The notes under the pieces were generated by a model. That model was not told the DNA's origin. It made no database searches and saw only the letters and a program-made list of their open reading frames with translations. From the NCBI RefSeq assembly GCF_009914755.1, contig NC_060925.1: a DNA stretch of 64,000 bases; one strand, written 5' to 3'. This DNA comes from the human T2T-CHM13v2.0 reference genome, Homo sapiens. Below, one piece after another: positions 53,121 through 64,000 of the stretch. Within the stretch, counting starts at the first letter, position 1, and each line of letters begins with the position of its first letter. The position numbers and the translations under genes were made by a program.

Positions 53121-55824
53121 AGAAATGGGAACATCTAAGATATATCCTACAGATTGCTGAACTCTAATACAATCTACAGTTTCATATATTAAACATTAAG
53201 CACTGTGGATTCAACTTTGAGAAAACCACAGTCCCTACACTCAAGCAATCTCAAGTCTAGAAGGGGAGAGAAAAAAAAAAAGAAGTAATTTCAGTTTAGC
53301 ATGGTGGGATAAGTCTGAGATACAAGGAGATATAATGAGAATATGGGAAAGGATCCTGATCAGCTTTGGCTTCCTGGAGGAGGAGGCATTGAAGGTGACA
53401 TTGGATAATCTAAAAATGCCCTTTGTAACATTAATTATGACTTGCCTCTTGTTCAATTCTCACTATTTCCAATACCAACCTTCTATCAAAGTTATTACTA
53501 AGTAGCAAAATAAATTGCTTTGTGAAAGCATGGTATAGTTGCAATGATAATAAGAGAGGCTACCGTATTCTGAGTTTCCACTGTATGCCAGTCACTGCTT
53601 TCTGGCTCTGTATTAACTAGGAGTGTGACGTTGGTCAGGTAACATCTCTCATGTGTGAAAAGGCCTACTACTGAAATGAAAAGGTTGACCAGATGATCCC
53701 TAGCTTCCCAGCCCCAGCAGTTCTCTCACATGTTATGGCTCTATCTCTTCTAAAATCACTGAAGCCTCTGCTGGGAGATGAGGGATAAGGAAATGGCCAA
53801 GAGTGGGGGATCAGGGAAAAGGAGCAAAAGGACTAGAGATAGTCCTCAAACTGGCAAATCAGCCTTGGGAAATTCAATTTTGAGAGAAGATGATGCATAT
53901 GTCACGTAAATATTAATACCGAAAACACCTTACTGTTATATTTTTTCAAAGTGATTTCATATGTTATTTCATGTGTTCTTCATAACAATGATGTGAAGGA
54001 GGGAGTTAGGGAGGTGGGGAAACTGAGGCAGGGCCAAGTGAGGCTACTCAGCCTAAGTCCCATGGTGAGGCAGTGGTGCAGCCTGGGCTAGAACACTGGA
54101 CTTTTATCATGATACGTGACTAGTTGAAGTTAGTTGAAGTTTTGTTTTTCCATAAGGCAAAATTCTGTTTGGGAGCAATCCAAAATCCTGATGACCTCCA
54201 GAAGACTGCACTTAAATGGCTTTTGTGGTGCTCCTCCCACCTCCTTCACTGTCCTCCCAGCAGCGTAATAAGCCTTTCCCTGGGTGCTGGAGCCAGACTT
54301 TTATTTCCAAAGAATGAGTCTAGTGAGTGGTTTTGGTGAGTCAGCACCAATTGATCTGGCTGCTGGGCCTGCTCTGGCCTTTGAGTCAGCTGAGTAGGAT
54401 TTCTGCCTGGCTCTAGTGATCAGGCTGGACATCCCTGATAATCTGCTTCACCCCGTTGCTCCTCTGAGCCTGGGTCCTGCCTTGCTGTTCTGAGTCCTCC
54501 CTCTGTAGGAGTTCAGTCCTGCCCTTGACCCTATCCTGATGCTGATTCCAGAACCTCTACCTGGAACCACTGTGCACTGCTTGTTTCTAGATCCCCTTTT
54601 CTGTGCTCTGTTCAGTAACTAGACACCAACTACTGGACCTTCCTGATGCTGACCACCAGTTAGGGTGTCTGTCTAGCTCCCATGATGTGTTTTCCAAATA
54701 AATATCTTTGCTTGGTGGGCTGGCCACCTCCCATTGCTGGTAGGTTTGCCCCTATGCTACTCACCCACCACAATGGATAATGCTCCAATTCTAGTCTGGG
54801 TGATCTGGTGGTCTGGCTGTCTGTAGGCTCTAAACTCTCTTTCAACAGCCACCCTCCACCTCCATCCCATCAAAGCTAGAAGCCTGTGGGCTGGGTATCC
54901 TGAAGTAAGATCCTACTCTCTGTGGGGCCCTATGGGCTCATCTATGAAAGTGCCTGCTAGGTTCCCTTTCCTTACAGGTATGAATAAGAGCACAACCACT
55001 TTGGGCCCCTGGAGGGACGGCTCTGTCTGAAAACAGACATGATTACTATTTCCATCACCATTATAATCCTTTAATCACACATTTGCAGCAGAGAGCCTGG
55101 GCAAGGTGAGTCCATTTATATAAACGGCAGGAAAAAAGGAGGTTCTGTGCTATATGCCAACCAGGCTTAGTGGAAACGTAGCAATCGCTAGCCTTTCATG
55201 AGCAGAAAAATGAATAATCTAGGTTTTTATCCCCAAACAGCTCACATTCAAGCTGCCAGACCTGTGCTCATATTATGAAGGCTTTGACAAAACCATATTA
55301 CACCCTTTTATACTGTCCTGAGCTCTCGGCTCTGTCAGTGGGCTGGAAGGCATGGAAGGACAGGCTCTCTGGGCACATGGCAGTCCCTGAACAAAGACTC
55401 TCCTATGTGTTTGGCCCTTGAATCCTGGAACTATCAATCCTATCTTCCTATCATGAATGGGATAAGGAGTCTAAGGAAGATTCCAATACAATTGTTTGGA
55501 ATGGGTCCTTAACAGATACAGGGTTTTTTTCCCCTCCTTTTGAGATGGTGAGAGGATGAGAGAAACAGGTACTCAAACTCTAGAAAGGTAGCTTCTTCAG
55601 GTGAAACTGTGGCATTTCCCTATTTGCCCAGAGAGGGGACAGAGGCAGAGAGGGGGCCCTAGTGACAGTGCAGTAGCACAGTTCACTCTAAGAAGGGCAT
55701 TCAGGCTGGAAATATGCCCTGACTCTCTTAATTTTAGATAATTGCCTAAGTAGAGGTCAGTCTTTCCCTCCAAAGGATTGTTCTTCTTGTACATAAGACT
55801 CTCTTTTCTGCTTCGAATGGGGCA

Positions 55825-56210
55825 TTATGATTTGCTATTGCTGTGTAACAGAGCACCCCAGATCTTGGCACTGTACAGGAGTGATTATTTATTTAGCTCA
55901 CAGATGTGGGTCACCTGCAGTCAGCTGGTCTCAGCCAGACTTGGCTGGACAGTTGGGATACAGCTCTGTACCATGTATCTCTCATTCTCCCTCTGGGACC
56001 AATGGGGATGTCAGAAGCACCTGAAGATGAGCAAGAGCATACAATGCCTCTTAAAACCTAGGCTCAGAACTGTCACACTGCCACATGGCCAGTGACAAAG
56101 CTAAGGAGAGGGAAAGCGACCACTCATTTATGGGAAGAACTGCAGAGTCACAGGGCAAGGGGCATGAATAGAGGGGGTGAGGAAATTGGCCTAATGACAA
56201 GTCTGCAGAA
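55825..56210 (-). mobile_element. MLT1H-like MaLR LTR
   Basis: ctattgctgtgtaaca...tttatttagctcacaga...aggctcagaactgtcacactgccac...gaagaactgcagagtcacagggcaagg. Confidence 0.65.
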
Positions 56211-57739
56211 CCCAGAAAGATGTCAGAATTGTGCTTTCTACCTTGAAGCTCTTGCAGAGGTCTCCCCCTCCATACCTCTTCTGCTTGGGATGGATGAGAT
56301 GAGGGGGGATCTTCTGAAGAAGAACCCGGCCAACCCAGAGTAACTTGGCCTCATGACTCCCTCTCCATCTTTCCTGTGCTGGTTCAAATGTGGGCACAGA
56401 CAGAATGGAAAGACAAAGAGTTTGTAGTGAGCCAAATGATTACTTCAATCTCATAGTGGTTAAGTCCTGATGAGTTGTAGTTTTCACGTCTGAAATTTCC
56501 CCAGGAAAATAAAGTGGCCAAAGGTATATACGACAAGGAGCAAAAAACAAAAACTGCTCCAATTCGGGTCATGTGACCCATGTTACTGCTGAATGGGAAG
56601 CGTGAACAAGCAGGATGAGAAATGCTGTGCCCAGCTTCAGCCGCAGACCATCACATGGAGCCGAGATCTTGTAAATGATCTGAACAGAGATTTCACAGAA
56701 GCTCAGTAAAAGAACTTGGCCTTGCCACAACCCTGGACTCTTCAAGCCAACAGAGGTCCAAAACACAGACTGCTGAGTTGCCATGCGTGCAGAGTGGCTG
56801 CGAATGGGGCTGTGGCGACAGCAACTCACAGTTTTCCAAAAATACATACATGAAACTCCTTTCCCAGCCCTGCAGCCTTCCCCATCCCCCAATTAAATAA
56901 GCGCTTGTTGTTTTGTTCCCTGCCATAAAGCATATTATTTCATGATGTCTCATTTACTAGAGGTTACCAAAAGAAAGCTAAATTGGGATTTTTTTCAGCT
57001 GCTGATGACTCTTCCCTACTACCCTAACTCATTTTCAATGGCATTTCAACACTTTGATAATGAATTAGCTCTACCATTTCTGGCACAAAGAAAAGAGAGT
57101 TTAAATTAATTTTCAGCAAGGGATACTATTGGTCCAGACAGCTTCCCTCCCACTGTGTTAACATCAATGTCTTGTCTCGTTAAATGCCGATAAACAAGCG
57201 TAACACTCTAACAAGCCACAAATTGGCTTATTGACACCTCTGTCAGCTGTTCTTTGCTTCCCAAATCCCTTGCTTTATAGGTATACACTGGTTATACAAA
57301 ACAGGGGTTCTAATGGGACATCAGAATGAAGGGATGCTGCTGGCATCTGGGTTCCCTGGCTGCTCATTTTTGTTCTGTCTGACTTTCATCTAACAGTAGA
57401 TTGTATTAATTTGGCCTCTCCATCCCCTGGGGTTCATTTGAGGCACATATATTTTTGGTTTCCCCACAGAGGGTCTGGGCCCATTCCCCTTCCCAGTTCT
57501 CCCCAGCTCTCTCAAGCAATGGTTCCATTGGCTTTTACACTGGGTGCTCCTCACCATATCAGCAAGTCAGACCACTGAGGACAAAATTGCCAGTAGCCCT
57601 TTAATTTGTTCACTTCATGTGCTACTGGGACCTGAGGACAATGAGACACAGGAGAGCAGATGATATCTAGTATGGTGCCCCACCAGATTGTCAGGAGACA
57701 GAATGACTGAGTGGCCAGTCACCATTCAACAGGCTCAAA

Positions 57740-57885
57740 GAGGAGAATGCAAGAGAGATTGACCTTAACCCACAGCAAGAGAACTTTAGTTGAAAGATCA
57801 GGAAGAACTTCATGAGAGTAAAGATGGTTATGGCTATGGCCAATAGCTGGCACATGGCACATGGTGAGGCCACTAAGGCTCCCTG
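57740..57885 (+). mobile_element. CR1/L3 fragment
   Basis: cagcaagagaactttagttgaaagatcaggaagaacttc. Confidence 0.45.
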
Positions 57886-58292
57886 CCCAACTCCTCTTCG
57901 AGATCCCAGGAACAGAATATACAGCAACCGGGCTACCTGAAACTGGCTCAGATGTCCCCAGAGGAAGGGGTTAGATGAGATGACTCATTCTTTGGTGTGA
58001 GAGCTCCATAATATCCCTGGTATTCAAAATCAAACACCTTTTTTAAAGTTCACGTTATTATGAATGTACATAGGAGATCTCTTCTCCATAATTCTTCCAT
58101 GGGCATAGCAGTGTGATCAGTGATCAGTAGAATTAACAATAGGGAAGGAATATGAAAATAACATTTTAGGGTGCCAATCTCCAGTAAGAAAGCTTTCCTG
58201 CCCCTGTCCAAGCCTGCCCCACATGCAGCATGGTTGGGGACGGTGCTTCACATTCTTGCAGTTCTTTGCAGGGGCATAGAACACAAAGGAAA

Positions 58293-58500
58293 TGTTGCAG
58301 GACCAGCAGGTTCACATGCTTACTGCACAGAAACAGACCAATTGCACTGAGACAGCAGGGTTTGAAGCAGAGAAAGGATTTAATCATTGCATAGCATGGA
58401 GCAAGGAGATGGGAGGAGACCTTCAAATCCATCTCCCTGAGTTCTGGGCTGGGGTCTTTAAGAGCATCATGAAGAGTCGGGGGCTGAACCAGGAAATTGA
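58293..58500 (-). mobile_element. ERV1-class LTR fragment (LOR1-like)
   Basis: Minus-strand 3' end ...gaacctgctggtcctgcaaCA; gcaaggagatgggaggagaccttcaaatccatctccctgag. Confidence 0.6.
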
Positions 58501-58689
58501 CTTGGGTTTATGTGTTTGTGTGTGCGTTGTGTCAGGCATTGGATGCTGAGGAGGCTAGCATGAGGTGGGTGGAAAGAGCTGGTAAAGAATAAAGTTTGGC
58601 CTACTCAAGGTAGCTTTGATCATGGCTTCTTTTGAAGTTTTCCTTTGCAAGTTCTTCCTCAGTGCTGTAGGGCTTCAGGGACCTCTCCC

Positions 58690-59730
58690 TTCTCCCATCT
58701 ACCCTCACTCTGTAGATAATCTCATCTAGTCTTGTGGCTCTAAATATCTGACAACTCCTATGTTGTTTTTATCTCCTTCCAGACCTCTTCCCTGAACTCT
58801 TATTGCTTGTCTCCATTGGATGTCTAATGGAGATCTCAGACTTAACATGTCCCAGTGATAGCCTCTCTGATTTCTCCCTCTAAACCGACTCCTCCTATAG
58901 CCTTTCCCACGTCATAAATAGCAACTTCATTTTTCCAGACACTCAAGCCAAAAATCTTGGTGTTCCCTTTGATTCCTCTTTCTTTCATACCCCATATCCA
59001 ATCCATCAACCAATCTTATTGGCTCTTCCTTTAAAATATACCCAGAATCTAACACTTCTCATTACTTCAGTCCCTGCTATCCTAGTCCACATCACCAGTC
59101 TCTGACATGGGCTTCCTTGGTCCACCCTTGCCTGAATCCCTACAGTCTTTTCTCAACAGCCACTCCGAGTGATCCTCTGAAATTATGTGTCATATCATGT
59201 TACTCCTGCTCAAACTCCTCATTCAAGGAAAAGCCCAAATCCTTAAATGCCCTCTAAAGTCACAGAAAACTTGGCCCCATAGCCCCCTTGGCCTCACCCC
59301 CCAACCCTCTGCTCACTTTGTTCTTGACTGTGCTGGCCTCCTTGCCTTTCCTCAAGTTGGGTGGGCAGACTCCTGCCTCACAGCCTTTGCAATTGCTGTT
59401 CCCTCTGCAGGGAATTCTCTTCCCCTGGGTATGACAAGTCTCCCCACCCACCCCAACTCTTTTAGGTTTTTCACTATAAGGCCTTCCCTGACCACCTCAT
59501 ATAATGTTGTTTTCCCACCCCCAGAACGGACAATTTCTTTATCAATTTCCTGCTTTTTTCTATATTAATATCATCATATTTTATTATACATTTGTCTGCC
59601 TTCTCCACTAGAATATAAGTTTCATTAGGGCAGAATTATTTAGGAGGGTTTGTTCTGCTTCTTCACTGCTATATCCCAGCATATAGTAAGTACATAATAA
59701 TGGCTATGAATGAATGAACAAATGAATGAC
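58690..59730 (+). mobile_element. Long L2a fragment
   Basis: ccattggatgtctaat...ctcaagccaaaaatcttggtgttcc...ccactagaatataagtttc...tgaatgaatgaacaaatgaatga. Confidence 0.85.
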
Positions 59731-60459
59731 TACCATTATCCCTCTAAATCTTAGCTGCCATATGGAACCTTGGTAAACATGGTGGCATGATAGGAGGAAA
59801 GTCCCAGAGAGGGGTCCTCTGTCACCTCTTCAAAGCTATTTCCTCAGTCCAGCATATTCTTCCCTCTCTTCATCTAACTCCAGCTCATCCTTGAGGGGTC
59901 AGTTTAAATCGCTTTTTTAGCCTGGGGTACTAAATTAGCAATATTAAGTGCTTCTGTAGTTACTTCGCATAGCACTTTGCATGCTCAGGATTTTCTAATA
60001 AATCATTCGTAGTTGTTGTTTAATGTCTGTTTTCCCTTTTAGACTGTGAGGGTCTTTGTTCACAGCTGGGTCCCTGGCACACAGTGCATGGCTTGGCACG
60101 TGTGTCAATTAAAGCCTGAAGACAAGGTGTCAGAGGGCAGACCCTCACAAACAGCTATGGAGAGGCAGACACCATTCCAGGGATGAGCCAAGGCCAGGTT
60201 CCCCCAGAGTTGTAAGAGGAGCCAGGATCTGTGTTGGACCTCCACCCGCTCTGAGTGGGTTGCCTGTTGTCACGTGATGGGTTCAGCTTGTAAATCCAGC
60301 TCTCAAGAGACCCCCTGTTTGCCTTCAGTCAGGATGAACTGATAGGTAAGGAGGGCTTTACTCGTACCCTTGACCTTGAGTTTCACACTGGCAGGCAGTC
60401 CACAAGGGGTATTAACTAAGAGGGAACTGAGTGCATTTTTCTCTCCGTTAAAAACCCAC

Positions 60460-60630
60460 ACGATTTTAGAGCCAGAAGAGACCATTTAACCTTGTGCTTT
60501 CATTTCACAGAAAAGAAAACTGAGGCTCAGAGAGTTGAAAAGACTTGCCCGAGAGTCACACAATTAATTAATAAGAATAAAGCTAAATATCCAGGAACCC
60601 TGAGGCCAACACGTGTTTTTTCCACTATGT
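60460..60630 (-). mobile_element. MIR
   Basis: catttcacagaaaagaaaactgaggctcagagagttgaaaagacttgcccgagagtcacac. Confidence 0.8.
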
Positions 60631-60980
60631 GATGATCATGCTTCTTTTTCTTCTACCCCTGAAATAAAACTTTTTTTAAAAAAAGCTCAACAACATTAAA
60701 AAATAAAAAAGAGTATCTTAAAAAGTAAACTTTAAAAATGTCATCTAAGTACAATTTATTACCATTATTAACCCTTAAATATGGATTTCAATCTAACCTG
60801 ATTTCTTTCCCTTAGGCTTGAGTAAAAGATTTATTTTAGCTCACCCCGACTCCTTATTTCTCAGCTTTGCAATTCCAGACCAGGCCCAAGATTGCCATTT
60901 CCACACAACTTCCTGACTTAAGCCTCTCTCAGGTGTGGACAGATTATTTCTCACAGCTGAGCCATGTCCTCTGGTCTCGG

Positions 60981-61052
60981 TCCCTGTCTCTCTCTCCCTC
61001 CCTCCCTCTCTGTCTCTCTCTCTCCCTCTCTTTCTCTCTCTTCCTCCCTCCC
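60981..61052 (+). repeat. (TC)n/(TCCC)n low-complexity tract
   Basis: Read directly. Confidence 0.8.
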
Positions 61053-61369
61053 TGCATTTCCTTCTAATGCTCCTGAACCTGAGATTTCCTTTTCTCCAAA
61101 GTTTCCACCTGCTTCATTAACACTTCCATTATAGATATATTTGGTTTTGCTTGAAATTTGCTGGTAATTTGAATATAACCCATAAGTTTTCTCCATGACA
61201 CTTCCTTATAGCTGCGTCTCAAACTTGGTTTAGATACAAAACTAAATGACCAATATTTATTACTGACGATGGCATAAAGAGGTAAGAAACATCATCACTT
61301 GCCTGATGGGCAGTTCCAGCTAATAGGGACATACAGACGTGGCCAGTTGATTACAAGTCAGTGATATCA

Positions 61370-62455
61370 CTTCTCACCACTCCAGTGCTGGCTTCCTGGG
61401 CCAAGTCACCTCATCTCCTGCCTGAATCACCACAATAGCCTCCTCACTGGTCTCCTGTTCCACCCTTGTCTCCACCTTCCACAGTCTATTCTCAGTAAAG
61501 CAGCTAACCCAGGCCACTTAAAATGGAAATCTGGTCCTGTCCCTCCTCAGCCCCAAGCCCTGTAATGTGTCCCCATTCCTCAGAGTGAAAGCTGAAGTCT
61601 TTACGCCAGCCTGAGGGCCCCCGTAAGCTATCATTTACCCCCACTCTGTTCTCTTTGTTAATTCTTCGATTTCCTTCTCTATTAGTCATTACTTTCCTAG
61701 TCTTCACCTTCTGTGCTCTCTCCATATCAGCCCCTTTGCTATTTGCTACAAACAGAATGTTTACTCCCAAATTCATATGTTGAAACCTAATCCCCAGTGT
61801 GGTGGTATTTGGGGGTGGGGCTTTGGGGAGTTGATTAGTCATGAGGGCCCTGGGTCGTGATGAGATTAGAGGGCCTGTAGAAAAGAGGCCCCAGAGAGCT
61901 CCTTCGCACCTTCCACCATGTGAGGACACAGCAAACAGATGGCCATCTATGAACCAGGAAGTGGGACCTCACCAGATACAGGATCTGCCAGGACCGTGAT
62001 CTTGGACTTCCCAGCCTCTGGAACCATGAGAAGTAAGTTTTTTGTTGTTTATAAGTCACCCAGCCTAAGGCATTTTGTTCTCACAGTTCAAATGGACAAA
62101 GACATGATTCTTCAGCACACCAGACACCCCAGCCCTAAAGCTATTCTACTATTCTACTGGCTGTTCCACCTGATAACCCCCCTCACCTCCTTCAAGCCTT
62201 TGCTCCAGTCACACTGCCTCTCCACCCTGTACTCTCAATCCCCTTAAGCTGCTCTATATTTTTTTTCCACTGGACTTACCACCTTCTAGCATTCAATAAA
62301 ATCTACATATTTATGATGTTTGCTGTTGCTTGTCTATCTTCCCAGCTGTGATGTTAACTCTCTGAGGGTAGGGATCCATTTGTTCCCTTTTGTTCCCTAA
62401 CACTAGGACAGTGCCTGGCACAGAGCAGTTACCCAAGAAATACCTGTTGAATGAT
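61370..62455 (+). mobile_element. L2a fragment interrupted by an MLT1A0 LTR
   Basis: aatagcctcctcactggtctcctg...cagagtgaaagctgaagtct...ctaggacagtgcctggcacagag...tgttgaatga. Confidence 0.75.
61744..62104 (+). mobile_element. MLT1A0-like MaLR solo LTR
   Basis: TGCTAC...aaattcatatgttgaaacctaatcccc...gaggccccagagagctcc...ccaccatgtgaggacacagc...gatcttggacttcccagcctc...ggacaaagaCA. Confidence 0.87.
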
Positions 62456-63260
62456 ATTGTTCAATTACTTGGTCCTAGTAGTAGTTGACACTTTTTGAGC
62501 ACTTACTTTGTGCCAGGCACAGTTTTAAGCTTTGTAGAGGTATGAACTCCCTTAACAGATAGTAACTGCTAAGCTGTGACTGTTTTAATCCTCTCTAAGC
62601 TGTGAAATGCTACTTTCTGGTTTTGCAAGTGATTCTCAGCCGGGTGAAACTTGTCAATCAGGACAAGTTAAAGGGGGAGGGGGCTAAAAGGAGAAGAGGG
62701 AGTTAAAAGGAGGAAGGAGGGTAACTGTAGTTTGAAACACTGATCCAATAAGCCAATTGTTTTTGTAACACAAATTGCAGAAATTAAGCTTTAAAATATT
62801 CTACTCTGCCAGTTGGTTTAGGATGGGATGGAATAAACAAGATAAACTAAGAAAGAATTATAGGTGGCTTGAATGAAAATGGGGTCCTGCAATGTAGCAT
62901 GAACATTGTTGGTAAATAGAAGTGCAAAGGGTAAGAGGGTTGACAAGATGCAATTGATGTTTTTCTGTGATGCTCATTGTTAACAGAACACTGAAGCTTA
63001 CACTGGAGCTAGACTTTTAAAATATACATGTAATCTGAGCTTTCCAAGCCTCTCTAGCCTATGGCTCTCATTCATGGCAATAGCTCTTATTTCTGACTCT
63101 CATCTCTGCCTGCCCACCCAAGGCCTGGCCCCTGTGAACTCCCTACTTCCTGGTATGGGTGGAAACCCTGAGTTGTGGGCTTTTTCTTGAGTGGAGTGGG
63201 GTGGCGAGAGCCCTTGCATACAATAAAATTGGTCACGTGGGTGCTGCTATGCCCACAGAG

Positions 63261-63571
63261 CAGTGCTGTCCAGAAGGAAGGTCACGTGGGGCTACTGCGC
63301 CATTGACATGCAGCTGATCTACATTGAGACATGCCATAGTGTAAAATGCTCACTGGATTTCAAAGGCAGTGCAAAAAAGTAAAGTGTCTCAGTACTATCT
63401 TTTTCATATGGATTACATATTGACTTGACAATATTTTGGATACTGAGTTTAGTTTTTTGTTTGTTTTGCCTTTTCAAATGTGGCTACTAGAAAATTTAAA
63501 GTTACATCTGTGGTTTGCACTTGTGGCAGGCATTTTATTTCCATATTTCTGTGTTTCTGCATACAGCCCTG
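63261..63571 (+). mobile_element. MER33 hAT-Charlie DNA transposon
   Basis: cagtgctgtcc...gtgtaaaatgctcactggatttcaaag...aatgtggctactagaaaatttaaagttaca...acagccctg. Confidence 0.8.
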
Positions 63572-64000
63572 CCATACATGCTGCCATTTCTCCTGGGCTC
63601 CACTGGACCGGCGCCCACCCTTGCTGCCACATCTTCTCCAAATGGCTGGGTGTCTCTCCCTTCTGCCGGGTGGGGTCTCTGTTCCCCTAGAAGGTCCTAT
63701 ATCATCTACCAGGCACAGCCACCAATCCTGTGTGGTGTTCCTGATCCCCACCCAGGTACTATACCACTAACATCCTTGAGTTCTCGGGTTCTCAGAGTGG
63801 CCCAGTGCTCTCTGGCAAGGTGGGAGAGAGCACCTCCCTACCCCTCTCATTTTCCTGTTAAAAGAGTCCCAGAGTAGAGAAAGCTATTTGTGCTCTAATA
63901 TTTAAGAGTACATTGAACGCTTTTCCTTTTTAAAATTTACTGTAATCTTTGCAGAAAACATGGAGGTGGGCCAGCGTCAGGTTTTTACTTTGTTTTCTTG

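Overview
Primate, almost certainly human, genomic DNA covering the 5' end of KCND3 (Kv4.3, A-type/Ito potassium channel) on the minus strand. The only supported protein-coding sequence is the large first coding exon (exon 2, 25712-24535; ATG at 25640; 1106 coding nt). It encodes the N-terminus, T1 domain, S1-S5 and the pore helix, and is cut by a phase-2 intron inside the TTLG|YG selectivity filter. Positions 1-24534 are the start of the downstream intron, which runs out of the window. A non-coding first exon (donor at 32419/32418) lies in a CpG-island promoter (~31800-34100). That island shows a GC-skew inversion and + strand splice donors, consistent with a divergent lncRNA (recalled as LINC01750) that could end at an MLT1J-like LTR poly(A) signal near 41730. 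The rest is typical mammalian repeat content: Alu (including a young AluYa5 with a perfect 16-bp TSD), MIR, L2, CR1/L3, old L1, MaLR/ERV1 solo LTRs, hAT-Charlie MERs and microsatellites. All other long ORFs in the track are GC-rich or repeat-derived artefacts. I cannot support a genuinely new biological system. The best testable leads are pore-less Kv4.3 truncations via intronic polyadenylation or exon-2 circularisation, an interrupted CCG/dodecamer repeat in the promoter of this ataxia gene, an unexplained ~80-nt hairpin at 35320-35400, and an alternative uORF-bearing first exon. Repeat subfamily calls and boundaries were made by eye from remembered consensus sequences and are approximate.
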